NCBI RefSeq assembly: GCF_052425735.1
Contig: NC_135769.1
Coordinates: forward strand, 30,938,001 to 31,002,000
Direction: 5' to 3'
DNA length: 64,000 bases
Source of the DNA: Oculina patagonica
Taxonomy: Eukaryota
The position numbers and the translations under genes were made by a program. The notes under the pieces were generated by a model. It was not told the origin of the DNA, did no database searches, and saw nothing but the letters and a program-made list of their open reading frames with translations. Positions 36,601-47,300 of this stretch are shown here, piece by piece; the first letter of the stretch is position 1; each line of letters starts with the position of its first letter.

Positions 36601-38346
36601 CAAAAAAAAAATTTTACCACCCTCTTATTAACCAAGCTTGCTCGTTCCGTAACGGGAAGAATGTTGGCCATCTGTCATTTCTGTACGGACCTCGCTTCAC
36701 TAGGGCGGACGTGTCAAGGACCTATATTCTCCTAGCACGACCCTTTAAGTTATAGGCATTTTGTACCTTTGTCTTGCGTCGTTTGTGTGGATCACCCATA
36801 AATGAATCTAGCCTAAGTTCTTTTTTCTTTAATTTCAAACATGATTCGTTTAAACCGGGGGGGGGGGGGGGCATTTAAACCGATCTATTATTCCTTTCTT
36901 GCAGGTTATCTTCGCAATCGTTCCGCCTTGCACTTGGCTAGGCGGTTGGTTAACATTTGTTGTTGCCTTGGCAATGATCGGCCTCGTCACAGCCATAGTC
37001 GGCGACTTGGCGACTGTATTTGGTTGCTTGGTTGGACTCAAATCAGAAGCGACCGCCATTTTGTTTGTGGCTCTCGGTACCAGTCTTCCAGACTTATTTG
37101 CCAGCAAAACGGCGGCAGTGAACGAGAAGTATGCAGACGCGTCTGTTGGAAATGTAACGGGCAGCAACTCGGTGAATGTGTTCCTTGGTCTGGGGACGCC
37201 CTGGGTAATAGCTAGCATTTATCATGAAGTTAAGGTAAGTTTGGATTGAAGTTATTAACCGAAATTCAGTTAACTACCGTACTGATTCGACTCATCGCCC
37301 TCCTTCTAATAAGCGCCTTTCCTTGAGTGTTTTTTTTTTTTGGAAATACGCGCCCCTATTCCAATAAGAACTCCTAGTTGTGTTCTGCTTCAATTACATC
37401 GTCGAACCGTGTTTCCTCTTCCTTCTGAACTGCTCACATCATTCCCGTCTCAACTGTCATTTTCATGCTCATGTGAGGGCACAGCTCCTTCAAACGAAAT
37501 ATCTCTTTTGTTTTATGCATTCAGATGTTCATGTCAAAAAAATAAATAAGCGTGCCGTCCCTTATGAGCGCCCTTCCTAAGCTTGAGCTTCCAAAATAAA
37601 ATTAGCGCCCGGGAGCTAAATCGAACCATTACGGAATCGCCATTCGTGATTACAAAGGAAGGCGCGGTGGCCCAATGCGTGGTTCGTGAGCGGACTCCGG
37701 TTGAAGTCCTGATTTAATAGAGTCATCGCGTAGTGTTCTTGGGTAAGAGACTCCCTCTTTCCAGTTTGCCTCTCTCCACCTAGGATATAAATACCATCCT
37801 GCTTCAGAAATCGGAGATATGCACCGGCACCAATCAGCCATACGGCTCCTACGACCCCTTTGCCTTTCCTTCCCTTAGCTAGACTGTTCCGGCCTCTCTA
37901 TTTTTTCAGCGCAAACGAATGCAAGAGAAACACCCTCTCGCGCCTCTCGTATTGCGCTGGCGTCCAGTTCTCTTGCAATGCTTTTCCCGCGTTTAGCGAT
38001 AGAAAAAACGTGAAAACAGAGTGCTGTGAACAGCCTATATTTCATCAATGGCTGTATATGACTGATATAATTTACTAAACTCCTGTTTTGTCTCTCTTTT
38101 TAATCGCAGGGCTCGACATTCAAAGTCAACGCAGGGACATTATCTATCAGTGTCGTCACCTACAGCGTGTGTGCGGTCCTGTGTTTTATGCTGCTGTTGA
38201 TCAGACGGTACACTAAATTTTTTGGCCGTGCGGAACTTGGAGGACCATCTATGCCCAAATATATCTCAGGGGTTTTCTTGATATTTCTATGGCTCGTTTA
38301 CGTATTAATTTCTTGCCTGGTAGTTTATGAAATAATTAAATTTTAA
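21696..38346 (+). CDS. SLC8A: Na+/Ca2+ exchanger (SLC8/NCX family) with two Calx-beta domains; 10 exons, 807 aa
   Basis: Exons 21696-22368, 26590-26657, 27998-28165, 28871-28940, 32276-32399, 32946-33181, 33879-34217, 35025-35203, 36905-37234, 38110-38346 (2424 nt, phases consistent). Alpha-1 repeat ANLTLMALGSSAPEILL; alpha-2 ALGTSLPDLFASK...GNVTGSNSVNVFLGLG; CBD motifs IIDDNEWEENEVF and IIDDKDFEKDETF; C-terminal AELGGP. Confidence 0.95.
23812..23870. mobile_element. 59-bp hairpin MITE with TAG...CTA ends and 9-bp TSD (AcademH-like)
   Basis: TAGCCTGCGTTGCAGACGAA...TTCGTCTGCAACGCAGGCTA (perfect 20-bp TIR), flanked by ACTATTTAG at 23803-23811 and 23871-23879. Confidence 0.85.
24528..25555. mobile_element. 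Non-autonomous DNA transposon with ~160-bp imperfect TIRs and 7-bp TSD (P/Galileo-like)
   Basis: CACAGGGCACAGAGGAGTCAAGTTTGTCCGCA... / ...TGCGGACAAACTTGACTCCTCTGTGCCCTGTG, with TTGTTTA on both sides. Confidence 0.85.
26728..27124. mobile_element. Tc1/mariner-type MITE
   Basis: TA|CAGCTATTTCAATAAACGTTGTCGGGTCAAAGC / GCTTTGATCCGGACAACGTTAATTGAAATAGCTG|TA. Confidence 0.8.
29115..30207. mobile_element. TIR element (CAGGGGCGTA...TACGCCCCTG) containing a Penelope-like remnant
   Basis: 10-bp perfect TIR; GTTTC duplicated on both flanks; GGCCCG/GGGCCT subterminal repeats. Confidence 0.7.
29341..29979 (-). mobile_element. Penelope-like retroelement remnant: GIY-YIG endonuclease fragment plus inverted pLTR pieces and a degenerate hammerhead ribozyme
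   Basis: ORF 29655-29846 (FICEKTGSVYGISCRRCSAIYIAETGRTLQQRFVERLCSIEKNLPSFPVAKHFN) is Penelope GIY-YIG-like. 29348-29411 and 29907-29971 are inverted copies. Minus 29399-29427 reads CACTGATAAAGGGCTAAGCTCGAAACGCC. Confidence 0.85.
30303..32160 (-). mobile_element. Helentron/DINE-1-like non-autonomous element (HINE architecture)
   Basis: 13-bp subTIRs TGTGTTTTGCTGC (30326-30338) and GCAGCAAAACACA (32146-32158). 5' hairpin 32119-32158, adjacent TTACGGCAC microsatellite, 3' stem-loop GGCCCCAATGGGTCC, A/T-run ends. Confidence 0.7.
35291..35550. mobile_element. CGAGCA-repeat MITE; second copy at ~56559-56822
   Basis: Both start TTAGGGGTATCAAATGGTC and share near-identical GCGAGCA-rich bodies ending in TTTTGAGGGACC. 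Confidence 0.85.
35640..35795. mobile_element. 156-bp foldback MITE with 9-bp TSD
   Basis: ~63-bp near-perfect arms starting CATCCTCGGAGACCCAGGGGCAG; AGTCAATAG on both flanks. Confidence 0.9.
35868..36316. mobile_element. Unclassified DNA-transposon MITE with CCCGGG-polyG ends and 8-bp TSD
   Basis: CCCGGG(G)nTACTC...GAGTA(C)nGGG; CATTCATG on both sides; ACCCTATTTAAGG internal repeats. Confidence 0.85.
36341..36625. mobile_element. Short TIR element with 4-bp TATT TSD (Sola-like), with a nested TAGCCT...AGGCTA remnant
   Basis: AGAGGGTGGTAA / TTACCACCCTCT flanked by TATT; TTTCACG internal repeats. Confidence 0.55.
37655..37795 (+). mobile_element. Decayed tRNA-SINE; relative at ~52350-52605
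   Basis: GGCGCGGTGGCCCAATG head and GTGTTCTTGGGTAAGAGACT...GCCTCTCTCCACCTAGGATATAAAT core. The 52.4-kb copy shows GGTCAAGACACT...CTCCACCCAGGAGTAT...GCTTCATGCTACAGGAAC. Confidence 0.6.
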
Positions 38347-40583
38347 GGTTGTAAAGTACACAAGATTTTATCCACTGTAAATCCACGACTATATTTATTT
38401 CACGATTTTGTCAACAGCCAATTTCTTTACGGACTTTTGGTCCTGTTTTTACAGGTTTTTATAACTGTTTTGTCTATCCTTTCCGTAACATTAATATCAC
38501 ATTTTCATTTCATGTAATTTTAGTCGCCGATATCTTGAAATCCAACAAAAAATATTCGTTCATTTTCTTTCCCAGAAATTAAAAAAGTAACGCGCGTTCC
38601 ATGCCTTTTTTTGTTTGTTGGTTTTCCGATATCATTCACCTTTTTACATGTGTTTTATACAAATCAATAAAACAAAGCAGGTCTTCAGGTCAGACCAGTT
38701 TTGAAACAACTATTTATGAGTCGAAGACATACTATTTAACCTCTGTACTATAATAAAATATCAGGACTAACTTCGTTTATCAGCTAGTGTTAGAATTAAT
38801 TTTGGGTAAGACTTTTTGGTCTCGGAACTGCCAGTATAAATGTCAGCAAATAGTTCACGAGAATTTAAGGACCTGATCATTTGAAGTGCCAATAGAACTA
38901 AATGAAAACTCTACCAAGATATACAGAATACACGAGTTAGTATTATGTAAACCTTTATCTTATCTTTAGTTACGTGTTTTTATTGAAACTTTTTTTGAAA
39001 AGGTAAATAAGTTGAGGAGATATTTTCCGCGAGTTTCAAAGACAAGCGTGCGACATGTTTTAGTCTAAAAGAGTTTATCGTCTTATTCTAAAGTAAAAGT
39101 TTTCGGTGAGCGTAACAACACTTCGTTGTAAGAAATGTTGTTTCATGGGCACTAAAGTGAAATGGTCCAGTGATGTTACGGTAACAAAACTCAGGGTGTA
39201 TTATAAGATTAGATTAGAAGAGGGAGTCATGCCTAGTGCTACGTCTAACCTGGGGCGGTTATTACTTGAAATTTGTGGCTTTTATAGTGGCGTTAGGCTT
39301 GTATCGGCTTTTCGTTGGAAATGTTTTACATGAACATTGCACAGGATATTAGACAAACTTTTTTTATTTATTTTGTACAATATCTTGAGCTAAAAGTTTG
39401 AAATGTGTTTATCCTGAAGTGTGTAAAACATAACTTATTCCTTACTTTATTTATTACAAGTTGTATATATAACTGGAACTAGCGAGCGCCTGTATTTCTG
39501 TAGCTGTGAAGAATAGTGACGATTCGTTCTGTTCCAAAACAAACAGTACTGCTGTTACAATATATTAAGTTAATATGATAGTTTGATAAACCAAAGGTGG
39601 GAAAATACTTGTCCGAAGATAAATAAGAATGTTCACTTTCGTTTGAGGCCCATCCAGGTAGTAATTATCCCTCACATTGATGTTCTCAACTAATAGAAAG
39701 CAACACTTTTCCCAGTGTTAAATATCAAGCAATCATTAGTATAAAACCATTTAGTGTTTTGCTTCATACACACAGTCACGACCTATGGAAGGTCTTGAAG
39801 AAATTGTTTCATCAGTGAGTGTCACTTGCCACAGAGTATTTTTTAATTGCATTTAGCAAGAAGTTCTTCCTAAAAGGCTAACCACCTTGAACTAAATCAA
39901 GCACTTCTAAATGCAAGAACTTCCTGTTAAATTGAAAAAATTGCGTTGTTTTCCTTCAATAGATAGGTCACATTTGTTTAGTGAACGTTTTATGCGAAAC
40001 ATTTTGAATGAAAAGGAAGACACAACACGTTATCTGTACAAAGACACGAACAGTCACCTAATTCATTACAGAGATGTATAGAACGTCATTTTCAAAGGAC
40101 ATTTGATGAACGTTTTGTAGATAGAGAGTATAGTTACATAGAGTAGATAAGTTTGTCCTAGAGACATTTTAGATTGCCATTTCTTAGTTGTTTGTAGACT
40201 GCAATGCATGGCTAATAAAAGATTTACAACAAATAAAATGGTGTCCATTATCTAAAAACTGACTTAGCGGAGGGGCTGCCAGGCATTCAATATCATCCTC
40301 GGAATCTGTTTAACTTAAATAACACCAGAATTCTCAGAACTAACATTATATAAAATGCACAGACAGTAAGGAGAAATAACATTGAGTTCTTGGGAGCGAA
40401 AGGGTTTATGTGAATTTTGGAGTCCTAGAAAACTCAATCCTTGACCTGGAAAAGTCCTGAATAATTTTTGTGAAAAAGGGTATGAACCCTGTGCCACTAA
40501 TATCAGGGAAGACCTTGAGATGAGCAAGGGCATTACCACTGGGGCAAAGCAGTTGGTGAAAGATTAGTTTCTTTTTTTACCAT

Positions 40584-43500
40584 TTAAATTAACTCCATTC
40601 CCTGAACTGTCCTGTTTTGTTCCTCTCTTAGTTCTTCTAATGTCTGAGCTATCATTTCCCGCAGTTCTTGTTCAAGAGGATGGTTTCCGTGAGTAACCTT
40701 GAGAATTGCCTCCGCCTGTAACAGTGTCTGGAAGCCATCTTTCAGCTTGTCCAAATAAACTTGGAGTTTGCCTGAAAATCAGATTTAAACTAAGATTCAT
40801 TGATACCAGTTACAGCCCACTCATTTTCTCTGCACCTGACTAGCCTACATGTGAAATACATGTACCCATAAAATCTGGTATTCATGGTATTCATATACTC
40901 ACAAAAATCCTAAGATTGGGACACCCAAGTGAAATGCAGACTGAAGAGGATGGCTGAGAGAGAGGTAGTGAAGAACCATAAAATTAATAAGGAGAGGGAG
41001 CATCTTAGATTTAAGACTTGGAGTAAGGCAGAGGTTTTGGCCAGACACAGGGTGGCATGGAGGAGGTGAATCAATGGCCCCATTCTCCACGAGGAGAGAA
41101 GGGATAGATGATGATGATGATGATAATGATTCATGTACCCTCCTTAAGTTTTTCTGATGCAATATCTTATCCAAAAAAACCCAAACACTTTGAAATCCTT
41201 CCTTGGCCAGTAATAAGTCAGAGATTCCAGCCCTTTTTGAAGGAAAATAGGGAGTATTTTAAACGCTGAAGGTGTGAGCCTCAAAGGGGGTCTGGGGGCA
41301 TGTTTGACCGGAAAATTTTGCATATTTAGGTTCTCTTAAGTGCCATTTCTGGCATTTTGACATCATTTCTAAGTTATTTTATAAAATCTTTATTCTCTTC
41401 GAGAACATTTTTGATGCTTTTCTTTACTTTTTGGTTACACTCAGATCGCAAAAAGTACTAAAGATAAGCAATTTTCTCTCGTTTTCAGAATTTCATAATA
41501 AATTGGGATAATCTGATAAAAATCGGGAGGGCGGGAGGCAACGCATCAAATCAGGAGGGTTGGAATCTCTAAATAAGCCAACACCCCCAACCCCAAAGTA
41601 GCCCATCAAAAAGCCTTTTGAACAAATATAAACCCAGAGTTTTTATCACAATTAATTTTATGGTAGAACCTACCTATTCTGAACAACTGAATCCCTACAC
41701 TTGGATGGTTTCTTGGATAGTACAGCTTGTAAGCATCCATTGTTTGTAGTCCAAACGCTAATGCTCTATCCCACAACTCAAGATAGATGCAGGCATCCAT
41801 AGCTTTGTCAAGGATGCCGACCTTGCTGTAGTGTAGCTTGTGAAAGAAACCTCTCTGCTCTGCTAGAATATTCTCAGCAAGGTCAAGAATGGCTTCATAG
41901 TTGTCTGTTTTTTCCAAGGCTTTGATTTCTTTTAAGGCTTCTTGAGACTTTGAGATGATGGCTTGTGCTTTACTTGTTGCTGTTTTGTCCGATAGATTTT
42001 TACCGCAAGTATTACAAACAGCAAAACCACCTCCTGGAGAAAGAAACAGTATTAATTTGAAAAAGTTAATACAAAATAGAGGACCTCGGCAGGGAACAAA
42101 TAAAAAAATATTATTCAGATATTAAAGGATCTTGTACATGTAAGTGTATGTCAAATTTGTTTTTTTGAACAAATGTTTTCAATAAGTTTTTAAATCTATT
42201 TTTTTTTCCATTTTTCTGGACAGTTCTTCAGTACTTTTCTTTTCTTTTTACCTCTTCCTTTGCACTGGTTCTGACCAGTTGTCACTTGAGCTTAATGAAA
42301 TTTTTCATGATTGTTGTCAATAATTGAAAATAAAAAAAGAGGAAAATCCCCACCCCCACCCCAGGCCCATTTTTACATGGGTCCTGGAATTTAAATGGCT
42401 GGTATTTTCACATATTTAGGACAGAGCATTCACTGTAAATAGTTGAATTTTGTGAAGTTTTTGAATTGCATTAGGCAAATGTTGCAGAGCATGTACTGAC
42501 TGACATAAAGTACCTAGGAATATTTTAAATTTTTTGCAATGTCGGAAACTGAAACATTTTAAAGCCTCACCTGCTAAGTCTCTTGGGACTGCTCCATTAC
42601 AACTAAAATCAGAACACTGCAGACTTAGCATGAGTCCATCTTCCTCCAAAGGAGAGCGACACTTGGAACAGTTGCAATCAAACATGTAACGACTTTTCAA
42701 ATCTTCCTTTCTCTGGTAACTTGGACAAAGCAGTTCTGTGTAGCTTATTGTGAGTTCATCACCTTGTTTGATTTGTTCTGTTGCATGAACAAGGAGTTTT
42801 GTGCCATTAAAAATGGCAACACAGTTTGGAAGACATGAGTGGTTGAGAAGAGATGGTGTTTGATAGATGCCGACACCTATAGAAAGTAAAAAATGCAGCC
42901 AATGAAATTTAAGCACACAAGAGATAAGAAGACTTCCAAGGGGATTTCTGATGTTGCTTTGTCACTTGTATTGAACACACTTGTCACCTATTTGTTGAGG
43001 GAAATGTTGTCGTTGTCGCAAATATACACCCTTTCAATGCTAGTTTCTGTCAGCTGTGGGTGCTCTGGAACAAGATTGTCGCTACATTTTTCATTCGCCT
43101 CTAGCCGTTTAACCCCCACAGAGAACTAAAGAGAATCTACAATACACAATAAACCACCTGAATGTGCCAGATTTAATTTTTTTTCTTTTTTGCTTAGTTC
43201 TAACCAGGGATGTGACTAAGATTGAAACTGGTGAAAATTTCTTTGCTATAGGCGGGTACATATACAAGCCAAGCAAACCTATCCAATTTCACCATTTACC
43301 AGTCTTCATGGCAGTAAAATTCATGTGACAGATGGTTGTTTCACCTGGCTCCTAGCTTTAATTTACATCCCTACTACATCAGCACTACATGCCTTATTAG
43401 CTACTGTATGAGCTCATGTATAACTTGATTTTCTGAAATTTTGGCGAGTGCCATAGGTATGCAATGCGTGCAGAGAGCTATATTGCAGTAGCCTTTTGTG

Positions 43501-44153
43501 CACTTGGGGACCTATGATGCTGGCCTACGTTATGGGGGAATAAATTATTGCAGAAAGATAAAACCTTGCATACCCAGCGGCTGTAACTCGGCATCACAGA
43601 TGGTAAAACTGTTGCATGATATTTTGCCAAAAAGGTGAAACAGCTCTCCTGTTGAGCTTTTAAGAAAATCTCTCTCACCAACAAATTGCATAAGAACGGT
43701 TAAGATGGCAGAAAAAGCCTCCTTTCTTTCATCGTCAAACTCTTCCTGGTGTGAAACAAGAGTTGTGTAGACAGAGGACAGATCACCAGATTTAGAGTGT
43801 TTCTGTTGCATGATCCTTGCCATGAGTCGTACCAGATCAGTTGGAATATTAGGAGAAACATTCAGTGTGCGTTCACATTCGATTTTATGATCCTTCCACG
43901 CGCTCTTTTGACATTCTCGGTTACAGTATCGCGCAAACTTGCAGTTTGAGCAGCGCTGAAGTTCCTCGCTCTTGGCAAAACACAAGTCGCAACATTGCCC
44001 ACGAACACTGTTACTCAAAACAAATACCAAAGGAATAGATTCAAGAACTTTGTCGCCAGGTGTGAATGGTTTCAAAGCTCTTAATCCTCGTCCTTTTAAC
44101 TCCCCAGAGTCAAAAACCTCGAAAACCTCTTCACGAGGTTTCAAGTCCGCCAT
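40584..44153 (-). CDS. SMYD3: SET and MYND domain lysine methyltransferase, SMYD3-like; 4 exons, 477 aa
   Basis: Exons (-): 43574-44153, 42571-42876, 41674-42033, 40584-40771 (1434 nt). KGRGLRA S-sequence, MYND CDLC...RCSNCKFARYCNRECQKSAWKDHKIEC, NSFTI, SLLNHSCLPNC, ELTISY, post-SET YMFDCNCSKC, TPR-like C-terminus (HPSVGIQLFRIGKL...LKVTHG). Confidence 0.92.
40915..41150 (+). mobile_element. RTE-clade LINE 3' end remnant in SMYD3 intron 3
   Basis: Decayed translation ...KEREHLRFKTWSKAEVLARHRVAWRR... is typical of the RTE ORF C-terminus; followed by a (GAT)n tail. Confidence 0.65.
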
Positions 44154-44369
44154 GTTGGAAATTTAGCCGCTGAACAAAATAGTGTCGGCTCATAAAATTC
44201 ATTGGTTCTTATATGAACGGAAGTATTTTATACGTATAGCCGCTGGTTATAATGCGTCTGCAGACTTCGAAAAAATGGCGGCTAGCACTGGCTAGCATGG
44301 CTTCAATTTTCAAGTCAGTCAAGTCAAAATTTCATGTAATACTATGAAACAGGCGTGAAATCGAACCTA
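44154..44369. promoter_or_regulatory. Putative bidirectional promoter (SMYD3 / RSAD1)
   Basis: 216 bp between divergent ATGs. ATTGG (reverse CCAAT) at ~44201, ETS-like CGGAAGT at ~44218, YY1-like AAAATGGCGGC at 44272-44282; the SMYD3 ATG sits in YY1-like AACATGGCGG. Confidence 0.6.
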
Positions 44370-47300
44370 ATGAGCGTAAAGCCGCGATGCAAGCTGCTCT
44401 CACAACCGGTATTTTCAAAATTATGTGATACAGCACGTCGATGTTGCCCACAGAGAATTCGATTTCATTCAAATGCAAGAAAAGATCTTGCTTGTCAAAG
44501 CAGCACCATTACTGTACAGCTACCAAAGGACGATGAAGCTACACTGTATGTTCATGTAAGTATTGTGATCTAACCTCCATGTAAGTGTCACCTCCTGAAA
44601 CAACGTTTGATTGATTGATTAATAATTATTGACTGATTGACTGACTGGTTGACTGATTGATTGGCTAACCGACTGACTGATTGACTGACTGATTGAATGA
44701 TTGATTGATTGATTAATTGATTGATTGATTGATTGATTGATTGATAGATTGGCTGACTGACTGAAAGGTTGACTGGTTGATTGTCTGACTGACCAAGGGC
44801 CGAATCGCACTAGAGCCAGACAAATCAAAACTTGTTTACTTTATGTCAAAAATCTGTCGTCGCTTGACTTGTCCTAGTGCGATCGCGTATTTTCGTGTCA
44901 GCCAAACATTCCAGAGGACAGGCAAACTTCAAAATACAATAGCTGGTGTTTGGGTTTCAATTAAAACGTCAAAAATGACAAGAACTTGGAAGGGTTTAAT
45001 TCCTGTCTTATGTTACAATAGAACGTGACCTTTGTGTTTTCGCCCGTTCTTCAGTTTGCAATATGTCGGATCCAATGACCAAACAGTCCGCCAAACAGCT
45101 TTCCCAAAAGCAAACAGATGGTAGCTCTTCTCATTCGTAGCTGTTTCCTAAAATATTCGTCTGGGATTCTTGGATCATTGTAATGAATGTCAAACCAGGA
45201 ATCGGCGGGTTGAGGGAGAACCCAAAAGTATGGATGCCTACGGCGATTTCGTCTTCGCCTTCAAATCTCGTACAGTCTCAGAAAAGCTCGCCCCTCTAGT
45301 TGTATTTGAGCAAGAGACATGATTATCAGCATCATCCTCAGCTGCATCTGAAATTGTAGGACAAATGCTGCAGCTACAAAAATCAGAAAACGTATCGGGA
45401 TCATGTTGTTATAAAATACTGATTTAAAGCCAAGGTACTTCTGCAAAGTACTGAAATGTAAACATTTCGGCTTTGTCAAACTAAACAAAACGCTAGTCCG
45501 ATAGCGCGTGGACAACAGACAAATTGTCGGCGGACAAACTTTAGCCAAATCATGTGGAGTTTGCCCTGGGACATTTGAAATGTCTGGCTCTAGTGTGATT
45601 CGGCCCCAACTGATTGATCAATAAATGTGTGTCAGATTAGCTCTATAAATTATGTAGTCTATTTATTTATTTATTCATTTATTTATTTTTGTAGTGGCCA
45701 TTCTGCAAGCAGATCTGTACATTTTGCAATTTCAACAAATATATAAGGTATGTACTCCTATTGAAACCCCCCTACAGCAGCCACTTCTCTAGCCTCCTGT
45801 ACATACAAGATCGCATGATGACCACAAGGGAGTGTCTGCATTGGAGGGTATATATCACTTCTCCACAATGGCCAGTTCAGTCTGTTGCCCAGGATAGTCA
45901 TTATAGAGAGACAGCCCTATGTACATGTAGGCATGCACAATACTAGTCACGAACATTTAACAATAGACTTAACAAGCCCGAGTTTTCTATGAGCAAATAG
46001 TCAACGAGGTGCAGTCGAGTTGACTATCATTCATAGAAAATGAGAGCAAGTAGTATAATTGTTTTAGTAGAAACTCTAAAGGATTGCAGTCCAAAACTTA
46101 TAAATTCATGCACTTTGAAGCCAAAAATCAAGAATTTTTTTTAAAGAGCAAAGCATGCACGATTGTGTTCTATCAGCGAATAGAAAATTGTGGGAGAACC
46201 AATCAGATTTGCAGATTTCCAGTTAAACACAACTGAGTTTCTACTAAACAGCATTGTAAGTTCCAGATTTGTTTTGACTGACGTATCGTTGGTGTTTGTC
46301 TCTAGTAATAATGTGGATCATCAGCGTATGAGGAAATGCCTTGTGACGGAAACAGAAACTCTGTTACGTTTGTCTGGTGTGAAAAGAATTTCCTCAGTTT
46401 ACTTTGGTGGAGGTTAGATCACAAAAATATCAAATTGAATTTTGTGTGTACATGTGTTTGTGGAAATGTGCTGGTGTAAAATAATTCATCATTTATTCAT
46501 ACTAGGTACACCCAGTCTGGCAGAGCCTTTGACTATTTCCTCAGTGCTGGAAACTGCTGCTAGGATTTGCCATCTGTCGACTGAAGCCGAGGTGACACTG
46601 GAGGCTAACCCCACATCAGTTGAAACTGATAACCTCAGGTTTGAGCAAAATGCACATATTAAATTATTAAAGTAAAAATATATTATAATCCAGTTGCAGT
46701 GTAGACTAGTATATTTTAATTTCTACTGGCCTCTACTTAATTTTTTCCCAATTGCCCAATGGGAATGTAGCTTGCAATATTTTCTTACCCTTACTATGGT
46801 ACATGTACGTGTACATTTCATTTTTGTTTTATTGTTGTTAATTCATAGGTAATAAAACATGTTTTGTTTGCTGTTGTTTACTAGACATTTTCACACAGCT
46901 GGGATCAATCGCCTTTCACTGGGAGTCCAGGTTAATGTTTTCTATTTTTTCAACAGAATTACTTTTCATGTATGTTGAACTTTTCATTTGTAATCTTAAA
47001 AATAAATAATTAAATAAATTCAAAAAACTTCATTTTAGGGCACTTAAATTTCATTTAATAGTTTGATATTATTCTTTATTCTGACATAATTTTGTTACAT
47101 ATTCTCTCTTTTTTTTCTTGGTAGTCCTTCAGTGCAAAAGATTTGTTGCTTCTGGGAAGAGATAACACCATTAAAGATTCATTGCAGTAAGTTGATTGTG
47201 ACCTCAGGTCAGCTTGTACTTGAATCTATGGCAAAAGGCAGGTTTTAGATTTGAACTTTTCTTTGGGCTTAAAGGGACACTGCCACAGGGATTTTAATGC

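Noticed and set aside
35175-36735. Basic, repetitive ORFs in NCX intron 8
   Set aside because: Translations of MITE subterminal repeats.
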